A stretch of 64,000 bases of DNA from Trichoplax adhaerens. Taxonomy: Eukaryota > Animalia > Placozoa. The first letter of the stretch is position 1, and each line of letters starts with the position of its first letter. A program made the position numbers and the translations under genes. The notes below the pieces were generated by a model. That model made no database searches and had not been told where the DNA came from. It was given only the letters and a program-made list of their open reading frames with translations. Below are positions 1 through 13,684 of the stretch, one piece after another. The DNA lies in the NCBI RefSeq assembly GCF_000150275.1, contig NW_002060956.1:1796280-1860279 (forward strand), in the 5' to 3' direction.

Positions 1-113
1 TTGGTTAGATAAAATAATGAAATTTAGATAACTATCACTATTAGAATAACAATTTTATCTAATTGTTTAAAATACTTAATTTCTAAATTTTATTTTGTAA
101 TCAAAATGATTAG

Positions 114-193
114 ATATGTTACAATTGACAAACTCCTATCAGGAACTATTGGTTCAACGATGGGACGATACTGATGATCAACAATTCTCTTGA
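114..193 (+). CDS. Possible terminal coding exon of a gene entering from the left edge (xMLQLTNSYQELLVQRWDDTDDQQFS*)
   Basis: tag acceptor at 111-113 after AT-rich intron-like sequence, then an open phase-1 frame to TGA at 191-193. No recognisable homology. Confidence 0.3.
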
Positions 194-2796
194 CCGATTG
201 GATATAGGCCAACGATTCATTTTCAATATGGTAACCATTCGTTAATGATATTAAAGTACTCGTTCAATCAGTCAAGACGATCCATTTTGCTTCTAGACTA
301 AATAACTATGAATCGAAAAGTGAATTTATTTTTGCCGCTACTATCATAGAAACTTGAACGTAAAAACTTAGTTGATTAAAGAGATGAAGATCCACTGAGA
401 GAAAAAAATATATGGGCTTGTTGTTGACAAGAAGTATTCATGTTCACTAGTTTCTTCTAAGCGTTGACTTACATGTTCCTTCAAGATGATGTCGACGCTG
501 CAAATAAATCGATCAATAATTCTGTCAAGTTGGGCGTAATAGAATCACAATCAATGGAACGTTCAAGAGGGCTTTTATCCAATCTTAGATTCTTGCAATA
601 ATAACGCCATATATATTGTGATAGACTTTGACGTATATATGATCAATCTTATAATGGCTTTGACAGCACTATTATTCGATAGTAAATGCTTATGAGAATA
701 GCGATTGTATTACAGTATCTCGTATATTCGACAAGAATGCATTGTAATGCCAAATAGGCTATATTCTTTCTCTACAATTGCAATGGTCAATCCAACAAAG
801 GCGATCAATGTATATGCCACTCTGTACTACACTAAATACGATATTATGCAATTACTTGGACATACATTCGAATCAATCAATAAGCCGTTGTTTCTTCTAT
901 TTTCTAACTATGGTTTGAATAATTTACACCTTTACAGTACAGCTCAACGATAGCATATGAGCGAAGTTTATAGACAGATGGAAAAGGGAGGACATAGCGT
1001 ATCCCGACTATGTTATGTAGCAGTACAGTTCGAAGGATCTATGAATATGTACAGTATACCGGAGACAATACGAACCGTTTTCTCCATCCAAAATTGGTAA
1101 TTGGTAGTCCAAATACGTATGGGTAATATTGCATATTTGCCTATATCGCTACGCTATACGAAAAGACTGTAATAATTGGGAGTGAATCGTTGTTGTAACC
1201 GCCATGGTCTGTTCCGTAGTCTGAAACTCCTACTAGCGAATTAATTACAGAATAACAGAGTTCCGAGCAATCACAAATACATCTTATAGATCGATTATTT
1301 ACAGTCAAAGTTGAACTTAGTCTGCCAGGATAGTAGTTCAGAGTTCATTCAATCATAAAATAGCCTAAAAAGTATCATGTCAAATTTTACTACAAACTAC
1401 TAGATCATGTAAATGACAAGTATACCCAAGCATACACTTTTAACCAGTAAACAAGTACTTCTAAAAGTTTTGAACTATAATAACCTGCTTATCTATCGTT
1501 AATACAAATACTCCATTGCAGTTTTTAAACCGGCAATATAATGTTTTAATAGCCTGTGATTACGTCGATATAGAAGTAAAAAAAACTCTCTCATAAAGTA
1601 CAAATTGATATGTTTAAGTAACCGCCTATATTAATGAACACTTTATACGTGAAATCATAGCTCGTCTAATCATTTGCTATCATATTTTGAATCATGGATA
1701 TAAAATATTTATATGTAGTCCATTTTGCTAACTATAAACTACACTAAAGAATTAATTTAATAGTCTATTGATAATACTGTAATTCATTCAAGAGTATTTA
1801 CGCAATAATAAAAAATATTATACAACGCTGTAACAAGGAAGAAAACGTGACCGTACATAGGTCTTTGAATACAAGCAAAGTACCGATAGCATCCGTATTC
1901 TCTGAAACTATTTCGGTACGAAATAGTTACAGATTACGATATGAATATTCTTAAACGCTCATAATTATATCGCTGTCACAACCCTCACTTGTGGCAAAGG
2001 AAAGTAAAGAACTCTAGTGTAGTTACTTAAAACTTGGGCTATTTCTCCCAGTACTTTCAGTTTCTATGAGAGAAGTATTTGAGAACTCGATTCCTCGGCT
2101 GATCTCCACGGACAACTGACTAATTATTACACTATTCTTCACGATATGAGTCTTGCCGTTTCTTGAGCAATTACTTACTTTATTCTACAAACACACGCGC
2201 TTAATTAGGTTTCTACAGTGAATTCCAATATTAACGAGTGAGAATTCATGCTTTACAAGTTACATTAATTAGTATAATACCATTACTAAATATACATGTC
2301 GATATGCTCAGACTTAGATCGCTACAAGCTATCAGGTGTTAAGACGCTTAACCTTCGTCCATATACAGCTCAATTTTTAGAGATTAACACACCTTATAAA
2401 CCTACAGTAAATTAACTGCTAACAACTTCTATTTTTATCTCATTTCTACCATCCTATTATCAGCTACAAGCGCATTAAAACATAGCACATAACCTTATCT
2501 TATCTATTCATAAGCATTCATTAATTTACAGTTACTTAATTAGTAACGGCGTACCGTGACAATCGCATATTTAACGATTAAGCCACTCGATTCTTGAAAC
2601 TTAGTTTGTAGAAAACATTCCTCAGTCAATATCAACTGATTTGCTTTGTAGATCTATTATCCTGATTTCCAGACTACAAAGATTAATACAGCTATTGGCA
2701 TTTCTGTAGCCACTGCTCGTTTCAATAATGCAACATAAAGGGCTGATTCTATTTTAATATTACAATTTCGAAATAGGTATAAATCGCTTATTAGTT

Positions 2797-5700
2797 TTAT
2801 TCGCCATTTTCATTCACTATTGGCTTATCGGATAAAGAATTGTTTAATTCTATATCAAAGTTGTTCGGTACGGCTTCATCCGGTGGCAAAACTTCAATGA
2901 TGTAATACAATTTTTTGCTCGTTATCCAACTAAAGCTGTTGTCGAAATGCAGGATATCTAGTGTGTATGAACGTAAATTATTTTCAAAGACAAAAGGACG
3001 TTTGTACGCAACAATAACAACGACTTTTGTTAATTACGGAATAAGTACAATAAAATTAAATCAACAGCAGCTAAGAACAAGTTCATGAAATATATACATA
3101 CATGTACCAGGATCTTCACAAAGGTAACTGCCCTCTTCGATTACGATTTGACAATTACGTCTTATAACGGGAATCTTGATTATGATTACCAAGTAATAAT
3201 TTTGTAACGAAAAGTGTTCATATTAGCTCTTACTGAAATTTTAATGCATGGCAGCTCGATACGTTGTAGAATTATTTCGAACGTGTGATTTTGATTCTTA
3301 CCACTTCGTAATTTTCTTCACTTCCATCATCATTTCTAAATACCTTTATAACACCGAATCCAATGTTGTAATAGTCTGTTTTAAATTCCCATCTAATGGC
3401 AAACAGGAAGGATGAGAAAACACATTGTATTTGTATCACATTGCTATCTAGCCGTCTTTATAATAGAGCGAATCTAATTTGGAATTATTAAATTATACTG
3501 CTTTTCCACATATGATACTACGATCACTAATAATAAGGAAATAAAGTATGGAATTAGGCACAAAGCGAACCGTTACTCTGAAGCTTACTTTAATAACGCA
3601 CCAGAAGTTTCAATATTGTAATTTAATTTTAAAGAATCCCCTCTAGCAATTACTACCGAAGAATAATCGTCCAAAGGGCGGGCAGATTCTTTAATTAGTT
3701 CAGAGCGATAAAGAGACCGTGGGACATTGCCACCGGATCCAACCTACTCAATTGATAGTACCAAAAATAGCAGCATAGCTGAGATCTCTTCTTGACTAAA
3801 TAGGTATTGGTTTATTAAGGTACTACTGCAAATAGAGGCAATAAGTAAGCACTAACTATTGCAGAGCAATGTGGATCGCCATTTTCATCGGTAAGATTAC
3901 CGCCAAGAGCTTTGGGAATGAAATCCTTATCGACGTATTGCTCAAGTATTTGCAGATGATCAGCTAAGGTCCACAATTATAGTGGTAATCAATTTTAAAA
4001 CATGTTATTAGTAGAGGTAAGAAATTTGCAAAAGTTGCTGAGCTTTAGAATGCTTAAGATCAACTAAATAGTGTCATTACATCCCAAAACTTTCATTTTT
4101 TCTTTCGTTTTCTGGCTAAGGAACGGTTTCATGATTGCAAACATGATATAGAAAATTCGTGGAGCTACGATCATAAAGTAGACAGAAGCATAAAATCGTT
4201 CTTGTCAAGTTTTTCGGAATAAATATGGCGCAGTAAATACACACAGTCATATGAGTTTGCTTTATTGAAAAAAGTTAGCACTTAGGATTATACGTACCGT
4301 TAATGATAAAGGCATGTTTCATAAATTCCGGATAGTTATCCTCAAACATTCCTAACACCTATAAAGAATGTTATCTTCATTACTTGCGTAAAATTTAACA
4401 TGCTTTAATACAAAAAGTTTTGAATAGACTACTATGTATGATTACACATTGTACTCAGTGCAAGCTCAGTTTGTGATATTCCATACAGCATTTATCTACC
4501 TTAGTAAAGTGGGCTATTGCTAAAAGTTAAAGAATCAAATTAGAAAAAGATGGGTTAAAATCGTACATTAAATTACGTTTTATTTTCTACCCCACCTGGT
4601 TTATAAAATCCAGTCATAGGCATGCCTGCCATATCTTCAATAACTGTTACACCTTCTATTCTTTTTCCAAGCTAAGCAAAGGATAAAGTTATGAACCAGC
4701 AGCATTTGCAAATCAATTTGATAAGATATTAATACAGTATAGCTAACTTATAACGAAGGCATAATTTCTGCAAAACCCAATCTAGCAATTCGTTACCTTT
4801 TTGCTCTGCCGTTCACATAACTGCATGCCTTTTTCCGCTACCGCTAAAGCATGTTTAGTTATTTCGTCTGCTTTCATAGATAAAAAGACGCCTGTAATTT
4901 AATCGGTAACGACGTTCATATTAAGATTATTACTCGTTTTACAATCACGATGTTATAATAAGCTACAGAAAATAATTTATTAACTTATCCATGTAATTCA
5001 CAAGAGCAGCTGACCTTTAACATCAAATTTGCCAATATTTAGCAAGAATATGGGTGCTTCATCTTTATCATATCCTATATAATCTCCAGGATAGTAGGTA
5101 CGCCAAAGCTATAACGCAGAGAAAATACTCGCGTTAGATTACTATGTTGAATCCATTCTAGTTTAAACCACATTATCTTCAATAACAAGTGATGGTGCTT
5201 GCCAATGTACCGTATTGTTCGCTTATCAGTTTATAGGATAATGCAACTAGCAAAGAAAACTCTTACCTCAGGAACATTGTCCTCTGCGACTAATCTATCA
5301 ATCTTCCATTCTTTACGAAATCGACAATTCTGCAAAGTTATGCATGTGTACGTTAGTTATCACATTTGCACAAGTAAATCACAGTAGATCATTATAATAT
5401 ACAAATTCGGCTATATCGCAACATACGCTTATAGCATATTAATATTAAATTTATAAACGCCAGCAAAATAATACCAGGAACTACTAAAGAGAAAGAGGGG
5501 ATAGGAAACGGTCGTTCATTATACTAATAATGTGGAGGCTGATTATTTTACTGCCATTTCAACTGTATCGCATGTCTACAGTGGTACACTATACTATCCA
5601 CTATTCGCATCCAAATTAGCTGCAAACTGCTGCTAAGTTAGCTAGAGCAGTATGGGCATAAGGTTTCATTGATACCATATAATAGAATGACTGGAAAAAT

Positions 5701-6513
5701 GATCAGCCTCCATATTATTTCGTACTGGAAGTGTCTTCCAGTCCTCTCTTTATTTTTTGGGAGTCCCTGGTAATACCTTAATTACCAAGTTAAAATTTAG
5801 CTAAGTATACGTATTCACAGTTGAAATAAAGAAGTCTAGTGTATACTATAACATACCTTCTTTAGCATTTCTTCTGATTTTTGTAAATTGAAATCTCGGG
5901 CTAAAATTAATTGGAAGTCTATTTATAGATACCGCTTACAGTGTAGGTTTGGCATGCTACATAATTATGGCTAATTGTTGACTTTAGATATTAATAGTAC
6001 ATTGGTTAAGTATTCGATTAGTAACAAATTTTACAGTAATTGATGATTAAGAAGTTGGAAATGCAAACGTAGACTCTAACTGCAGAAAAATCGCTTTTAG
6101 ATCTATTAGATAACATGTTTGTAAATTTCAATAGCTGATATTTTGACAAGTATGTAGTCTTGAATCCTGACCTCTCAGCCATCTCAGCAAGAAGTAATCG
6201 TCATCTAGCTCTTCTGGTGGCAAGATATTGGTGAATCTGAGGCGAAACTACACAAGTAGTTAATATTTATGTTCAATGAATGTGACGTCTATTGATATTT
6301 TCGATTTTAGTCAACGCTAAGTGATATAGGCCATATGAAAACATGAATACATTCCATAACATATAGTATAGCCCAATCATTAACTATATAACTTATCGAT
6401 AGAAAATCGCGAAAATTGTAAAGATCAATAGCATCTTGAGTCGTTCGAGAATAATTTACTTTATTTAATGCTTCTTGTTGCTGTAGACTTAGGTTACCAA
6501 CATGACCACTCAT
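2797..6513 (-). CDS. SEC14L2: SEC14-like lipid-binding protein (CRAL-TRIO + GOLD, SEC14L2/3/4 family), paralog 1; 15 coding exons, about 417 aa
   Basis: Exons 6460-6513, 6172-6247, 5857-5900, 5267-5329, 5015-5108, 4797-4891, 4596-4671, 4500-4519, 4298-4358, 4081-4164, 3857-3963, 3589-3743, 3302-3392, 3102-3174 and 2797-2957 all have GT-AG boundaries and join in frame. Motifs: [91 protein letters not shown]. Confidence 0.93.
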
Positions 6514-7720
6514 CTTTTTGAGCTAGTTGCATAAGAAAATGTTGAATTAAATATTCAGTTCAGCACTACCTTAATAATTACTCCTTCTTTCTGCATACAG
6601 TAAATTAGTTTCATGCTTCTTATTTTCAAAAACAACGTTACCATTCATTGAAATGATAAATAACAAGACATGATGCTATTTCCTTAGCTGATAAAGGCTA
6701 TACATAATGCTTCGCAGACATGATGATGTATCAGTGATACATTTTAGATAGCTGTTATGTACATAACATACTGTAATAAATCTCTGAGCTATGTTTCTTA
6801 CTAATCTTTGTATATTTTATTTTATACTATTAATGATCTTAGACTGAATAATTGCATAATCTTATTTGTAACATTTTAGCTGAGTTGTCGTCCTACTATT
6901 GGCTCATGTTACCTAAATCTGTTCTAGTTGGTGTGCATGCTTAGTAGATATAAATAGTAATATATTGTATACTTGGAGAAGATAGAGTGGATGCTACGAT
7001 AAAGAGTAGAAGAACCGGATAAAAGTCTGGACGAAGACAAGTGTAGTCTCTTTGATGCGAGATTACCACGTTACGAATCTCGATTTATAACAATGGCCTA
7101 AATCTATACTGGATCAGTCTGATCCTGAGATCCTCCATTTTCTCAATAAACAACAGTTGAAAATTCTATATTACCACTATTCAGTACTGTACTAAGCTAA
7201 AGTATTGTATGCAATCTGCATTTTGTAAGATAGCCGACAATCTACGAATATTCAGTTCTGTACCATAAATCAAGTATGCGGCACAATCTACATTTTGTAA
7301 GATGGTCAATTTTCTAGCCAAATACGTACAATAAACACCCTTGATTTCCTACAATATAAGTCGATGGTAAGCTTACGTTCGCTCTTGAGGCTAGGCGCCT
7401 TTGGGTAAATCAGTCCAAATTAGGTTAAGTTCAGCAAGCGTTTGATTCAGCTTGGAACGGAATATGACCAGCACTATTGAATGGAAAAAAATTCGATCCT
7501 TCCTGAGGAAAGAAAACTCAACCCAGAGTTGGATTGCTCTATGTTCAATTTGCAAGACAGGGCGAGGAGATAACGCCTTGATGATATAAATACGCAATAT
7601 CAGTAGATACAAAGGTGATGGAAATAATTAACTTGGCAGTTGTTTCCAGATCACAAAGATAGGAAATGGAAGAGACCTCTACAGCTCTTGCAGCAACAAT
7701 TCCACCGTTTGTAAACAGAA

Positions 7721-7945
7721 GGGCGGGCACCTCTCTCGCTGACTTTTCTAAAGTACAGTACGGTGTTTAGTATGAATGTTACGATGACGTCATGGCTTAC
7801 CGTATTGCGCAAGGGACTCTAATAAGGACTGAAAGTCTTGAAAGCTCATTCAGTGGTCACGAGGTACAGTACAGTACGTCGCAATCATACTGTACACTGT
7901 ACACTGTACGGTACGGTACTGCACCGTACTGTACAGTACAGTATG
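7721..7945. promoter_or_regulatory. Putative promoter of SEC14-like paralog 1 (GC box, perfect CRE, paralog-conserved block, GTAC cluster)
   Basis: GGGCGGGC at 7721-7728 and palindromic ATGACGTCAT at 7784-7793. TTGAAAGCTCAT-N-GGTCACGAG at about 7838-7863 is shared with 13587-13612. Dense TACAG/CTGTAC repeats at 7864-7943. Confidence 0.5.
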
Positions 7946-9189
7946 GAGTGCGTATTCAGACTACTATCCATTAATTATATTAATTATATATTATATTATA
8001 TATTATATTAACATTGGCCGTAACATTAATTTAATTTAATTAGCTGTCTCTGTATTAACAAAAATCAAGCGTAGCAAAGTTGCATCTCTATCATTCTTTT
8101 ATTGCAGTGAAGTGCTTTGGAATAAAATTTTACTACTACCAACAAAATATTGAAAAAGTTCTTGATGCTATTCTGTGCATGTTCCTATGAATAGACGGGG
8201 ACCTCATTTTCTGCTTATTTCGTCTCTCATTGACACACTTTGAATACCTATGTTATTCGAGCTAGAAATCAATGCACTTTGCAATACTGAACATGCAATG
8301 ATTTCAACCAATGAATAAGAGAAATTTATGTATTTAAAATAACAAGTATTTATTTATCGACTATACTGTATTTAACGCGATCGGTACGTTATAGCCTTAA
8401 TCGATCTCTGTATTTAAATAGGTTACAGACTAGTTGCAATTTTTTATAACAGAGACTAGTTAAATGAAGCAGAAAAATATCGCGGACTCGTTAATGTTAA
8501 CCAATGATAATTGAAATATCTTATCCTTGCTAAGGGGCGTATCCAGCTATTGGATAGCAATGAAGAAACTCATGCCCGCACTATACAGTGAATAATTGCT
8601 AATCTGGTAAATTATTTTCATAGTTCATAGTCAGAAGCAGCGACACAGATATTTGTATCTTCATGAGTTTTTTAACGTAATTATACATAAAAAAATAAAC
8701 CAATACTGATATTACAGGCTATACTAATAGAAAATAGAGGGTATAAGTGATTACAAATAACGCGTGGAACATCCTTCTCATAGTCAATGGAAATAAGGAA
8801 ATATAGCTTTAATTATGCCTTCGAGTAAAAATAAAACACTGCGCTTGAGTTTACGAAATTAATTACATGAAATCTGAAAAGTAGCGAGTTACTTATCATA
8901 TAAATGAACATAAATTTATTTGATTACATATAATCCTGCTATAACTGATCTATTAATATTCCTCTTTAAATTTGGTACCGTATGCTACAAAGTATTGACA
9001 TCAATTAATGCAGCCTATCGTCTAGCATCCTACCTAAGGAGAATACTGATTGCTATTGCATAGTAATTTCGTATTTTTATATGAGGCGCACAAAATGAAA
9101 ATTTATCTTGTATTCCCTAATAGTTACAACATACTAAATTGCTCCTGACTTTTTATTCTTGTAATGCCAAAAAATGAATCCATGATTAA

Positions 9190-12100
9190 TTAATTTTGGT
9201 CACTATTTCCATTGACAGTTGCCTTATCTAATGGAGAGTCCGTATCTAGTTTCTCAGGCATAGTTTTATCTGCTGGTACAACTTCGATAATGTAGTGCAA
9301 ATTTTTGCTCCTAATCCAACTGAAGCTATTATCGAAATGCAAAATATCTAAAATATAAATAAATACTTGATTTTAATTGCATCATCTTTCATATATAGTA
9401 TCTATTACGGCTACACAAATGTTTTCAAAATACTACGTATATAACTATAGTGATTTAATCTACTTATGAGGATATGTGCTAATAAAGTTTGGTAACTGGA
9501 TTCAGGACGCGTATATTTAAAATAAAAGTTACTTACACGTTCCAGGATCTTCGCATAGGTAACTACCTTCTTCCAGTACAATTTGACAGTTTCTTCGCAT
9601 AACAGGAATCTTGGTACAAATTTTAAAGTAGTACAATTAAATGAATTAATAGTAATCTTTGCTTGAAACTGACATAGAATGATATCTAAACCGTTTTAGA
9701 TATATCAGAATACATGTACATCCTTTATTCTTACCACTTCGTAATTTTCTTCACTTCCATCATCGCTCTTAATCACTTTTATAACACCAAATCCGATATT
9801 ACGATACTCCGTTTTAAATTCCCATCTATGGATGGAATAGAACAGAAGTGAAAAAACATCAGCATTCCATGCCAGTATATGAAGGTGAGCTATTAACGCT
9901 TGAAGAAATATCATAGAGTTTAAGCTTACTTTAAAAGAGTACCGGAATCTTCAATATCGTAATTTAATTTTAATGAGTCTCCTCGAGCAATGACTACTGA
10001 TGTAAAGTCTTCTAAAGGGTGAGCAGATTCTTTAAGCAGCTCAGAGCGATAATAAGATATTGGAACTTCACCGCCATGTCCAATCTATTTCATTAAGTAA
10101 TTGTGATGCCAAAAATGACAGAATATGTATTTAAGATCTCTGTTAAGGCATCAAATAAGAAATTAGCAAAACTAGCGTAATGATCATAAAAAACACTAAC
10201 CATCGCAATGCAATTTGGATCGCCGTTTTCATCGACAAGATTACCGCCTACAGCTTTCGGTATAACGTCTTTATCAACATATTCCATGAGTACTTGAGCA
10301 TAATTAGCTAGATAGAACCATCGTAATGGTAATCCATTTCAATATGTCATTTGAAGGCAGTAAAGATTACACCTATTATAAATTGAAGCTGTTCAAATGA
10401 ATAAAAATGATCATAATTACATCCTAAAATTCGCATTTTTTCTTTCGTTTTCTGGCTAAGAAAGGGCTTTATGATGGAGAACATGATGTAAAAAATTCGT
10501 GGAGCTATATGTAAATGAGCAGAAATAAAAATTAGTGTATATCGAATAACTTGAAACGAATGTATACCGTATTAAATAGGTTGAAATAATACACTCGTAC
10601 ACATTTCTAAAAAAGATTGTATTATTTGAGCACTTTCTATAAATATGCCATCATGTAACAGTATATCATTATACCATTAACGACAAAAACATGTTTCATG
10701 AATTCTGGATAATTGTCTTCTAGGATTCCTAACACCTACGAAGAATATCAATACGATTTATTATCAAAATGTGTTCAACAAATAACTATAAATTTGATCA
10801 CAAGTTCTTCTTTTGCTAAGTGGTAGCTCAGCTGTGGTATTTAATAGTAAATTATCTACCTTGGTAAAGTAGGCTATCGCTACAATGGATAAATTAAAAG
10901 ATTAGCACGTTAATCTTTACAATTAACTATGAAACAACTCTAGACCAAGTTTCGATAAATTACAGAGCAAATAGACTATGTTTAAAAGTTTTGCCTGGTC
11001 TATAAAATCCGGTCAACTGCATATCGGCCATATTTTCAATAATTGTTACACCTTCTACTCTTTTTCCGAGCTAAGATGAGAATAAAGTAATGCACACAAT
11101 GTTCGTACCTTCTCTTACAGGAAAATATAGCTGACTAATAGTAGTCATTTGAACTACAATGAATTTGTTTAATAAATTACTATCAGCTCGTACCTTCTTG
11201 CTCTGTTCGGCACATAATTGCATGCCTTTTTCCGGCACTGCTAAGGTGTATTTTGTTAATTCCTCGGACTTCAAGGATAAATATAGACCTAAAATCGATA
11301 ATGATACACAAGAAAATTGCTGTTTGTCACAGTTGTAAAGGTAAATTTTTTTCTAGATATAATTAAATTATCTCGTCGTACATTTCATAGACATGTCTAA
11401 CCTTTCACATCAAACTTGCCTACATTAACATAGAATAAAGGCGCTCCATCTTTATCGTATCCTATGTAATTTCCAGGATAGTAATTGCGCCAAAACTATA
11501 ATTTATTATTTGAAATGTTATTGCTTCTAAAAGTATGAAAATGATCTCATCTAGTTCACCTTTAGCTCCCTCATTGATTGCAATAATTGATAATGTTATA
11601 CAGCTAATTTTAGACTATATGAATACAACAATAAAGTACAACAGTATTGTTACCTCAGGCAAGTCGTCTTCCGCGACCAGTTTATCAATTTTCCATTCCT
11701 TACGAAATCGGCAATGCTGCAAGAGATTATATGTACGTGTGGGCATGTACGTTATCATAATTAAATTCGTTATGACTACAAATAGTATACAGATACACGG
11801 TACCTGCTTTAACATTTGTTCCGATTTTTGCAAATCGAAGTTTCGCGCTAGCATTCGATTGGAAATACATACAATATCGTTAGAATATAGCTGTATATGT
11901 CTCAGGGGCATAAGGTAGTCATCAGAGAATATGATTGGCCGATTATATGCTGTACTAGAGGTATCGTAAATACCAAACAAATCAGAAACGACTCCTTTAT
12001 ATCCAAAAATTACATGTCAAATTCTGTATAGTAATAGTAATATTTTCTACTAAAGTGTAAAAGGCGAAACTTCAGCAGTTGAAGTTGTACATGTAAATCT

Positions 12101-12602
12101 TGCAATATATCATTCATTCTTACCTCTTAGCCATCTTAGCAGGAAATAATCATCATTGAGTTCTTCTGATGGCAAGATGTCGGTAAATTTAGAACGAAAC
12201 TATTTGAAATAGTGAAATAAACAGTTTTAGAGAAAGCTATTTGCTGTAACATATATATATATATATATATAAACAGTAATAAAAAATGAAAATGAAAGCT
12301 ATATAGCAGAAATATATGAGTAATCGGAATATTTTCTAGAAATATTGCAGTCGTAATATTGATTAAAGATGTCAAGATATTAAAATTTTAGGCTGAAACA
12401 TTTGCTAAAGACTACTTAAATTAATCAGACACATTTGAAAGCCATATCTAGGCATATCTAGATAGCTACAAGATTCATAGTATCGGTAGTTTTCTTGATA
12501 AAACTTTGGTAAAATTTATGATTGACACTAAATAATCATAATATTTACTGTATTTAATGTTTCTTCTTGTTGTGCACTTAGGTTTCCGACGCAGCCACTC
12601 AT
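9190..12602 (-). CDS. SEC14L2: SEC14-like lipid-binding protein (CRAL-TRIO + GOLD), paralog 2
   Basis: Starts MSGCVGNLSAQQEETLNT (12549-12602) and has the same exon architecture as paralog 1 (e.g. 12124-12199, 11804-11847, 20-nt exon 10860-10879). Ends ...[15 protein letters not shown]...NGNSDQN* with TAA at 9190-9192. One intron needs a GC donor (10994). Confidence 0.92.
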
Positions 12603-13684
12603 TTTCTACTCTAGATTGCGAATAACAACTCAATTAGTAATAGGACTCTTAGATTTAATTTAAAGCGAATTACTGAATTAATTATAATACAATTATTAAT
12701 ATTACAGTTAATCGGGCTCCAATATTTAGCAAGTGTGATATTAATTGAATATACAGTAAGATACCTTACTTAAATGTGACTGCTATGGTACTTTCAATCA
12801 CTTAAATCCTGCCTACTGTGTTCCTAATTTAAATTTGAACTAATTCGATTGCAATTTGTTGCAACTGATAATATTATTCTATGGTAAGTAACCACAGCCT
12901 TATTTCTATTGCTTAAACCAATTTGCTAACGAAAATTAGTAGAACTAATCTGGCATCCTCAATAAAGTCCCAATTCGTATCAATTTAGTAACATTCCTGC
13001 AATTGATTATGATTGACTGACACTACGACTACATTTTTCGTAGATGTATAGTAAGTATAATGCAAGTAGGTCGTAAGCTTTCATCTGCCTCTTAAGACGG
13101 ATAAAAAATAAGCAAGTCAAAATTGTTCGTGAAATCAACAATTGCTCATTTTACCTTTAGATGGATTTACTTAACGGAAAATGATCAGTTTCAGGCTAAA
13201 TCTGCCGCGACTCAATTGCAGCAGTACAAAACTTAATTTCTCGTAGTACTTTAAACCAAAACCGAAGGATAGGTCAAAGGCGTTTATGTTAATAGGACAA
13301 TGCCAGTTCTTAAGGTAACGACGGAGGTAATAGTTTACAGCTGCTTTCAGATTGATGACAGACAGTTTCGAGATGCCAGATTAAATGTGCTTGCAGTAAG
13401 GAATCAACAGATTGTTACCCATCCTTATTTATATCTGCTTTTAGTGTTGTATACCTGCCATACGGGACTTAAAACTGTATTGTTTCACGAAACACTGCCC
13501 AAATTCTACTCTTCTAAAGAGTTTAAAGCTACTTATTACATGCCAACTCCTCGTTAAACATGACACGTCACAAAAATTTAGAAACTTTGAAAGCTCATAC
13601 TTTGGTCACGAGTTGGGTTGATCAATTAAAAGTACTATTATGATATCCTTGCAGGGTCACGAGATAGATCTGATCAACAATAAC

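Noticed and set aside
7391-7750. GC-richer ~350-nt block ending in TTTT as a possible Pol III RNA (RNase P/MRP, SRP, telomerase RNA)
   Set aside because: No diagnostic conserved boxes or CTAACCCTAA template were found. It is better explained as the 5'-UTR exon and promoter of SEC14 paralog 1, with a paralogous region at about 13.1-13.6 kb.
7971-12270. (TATTA)n at about 7971-8010 and (AT)n at about 12252-12270
   Set aside because: Ordinary microsatellites.
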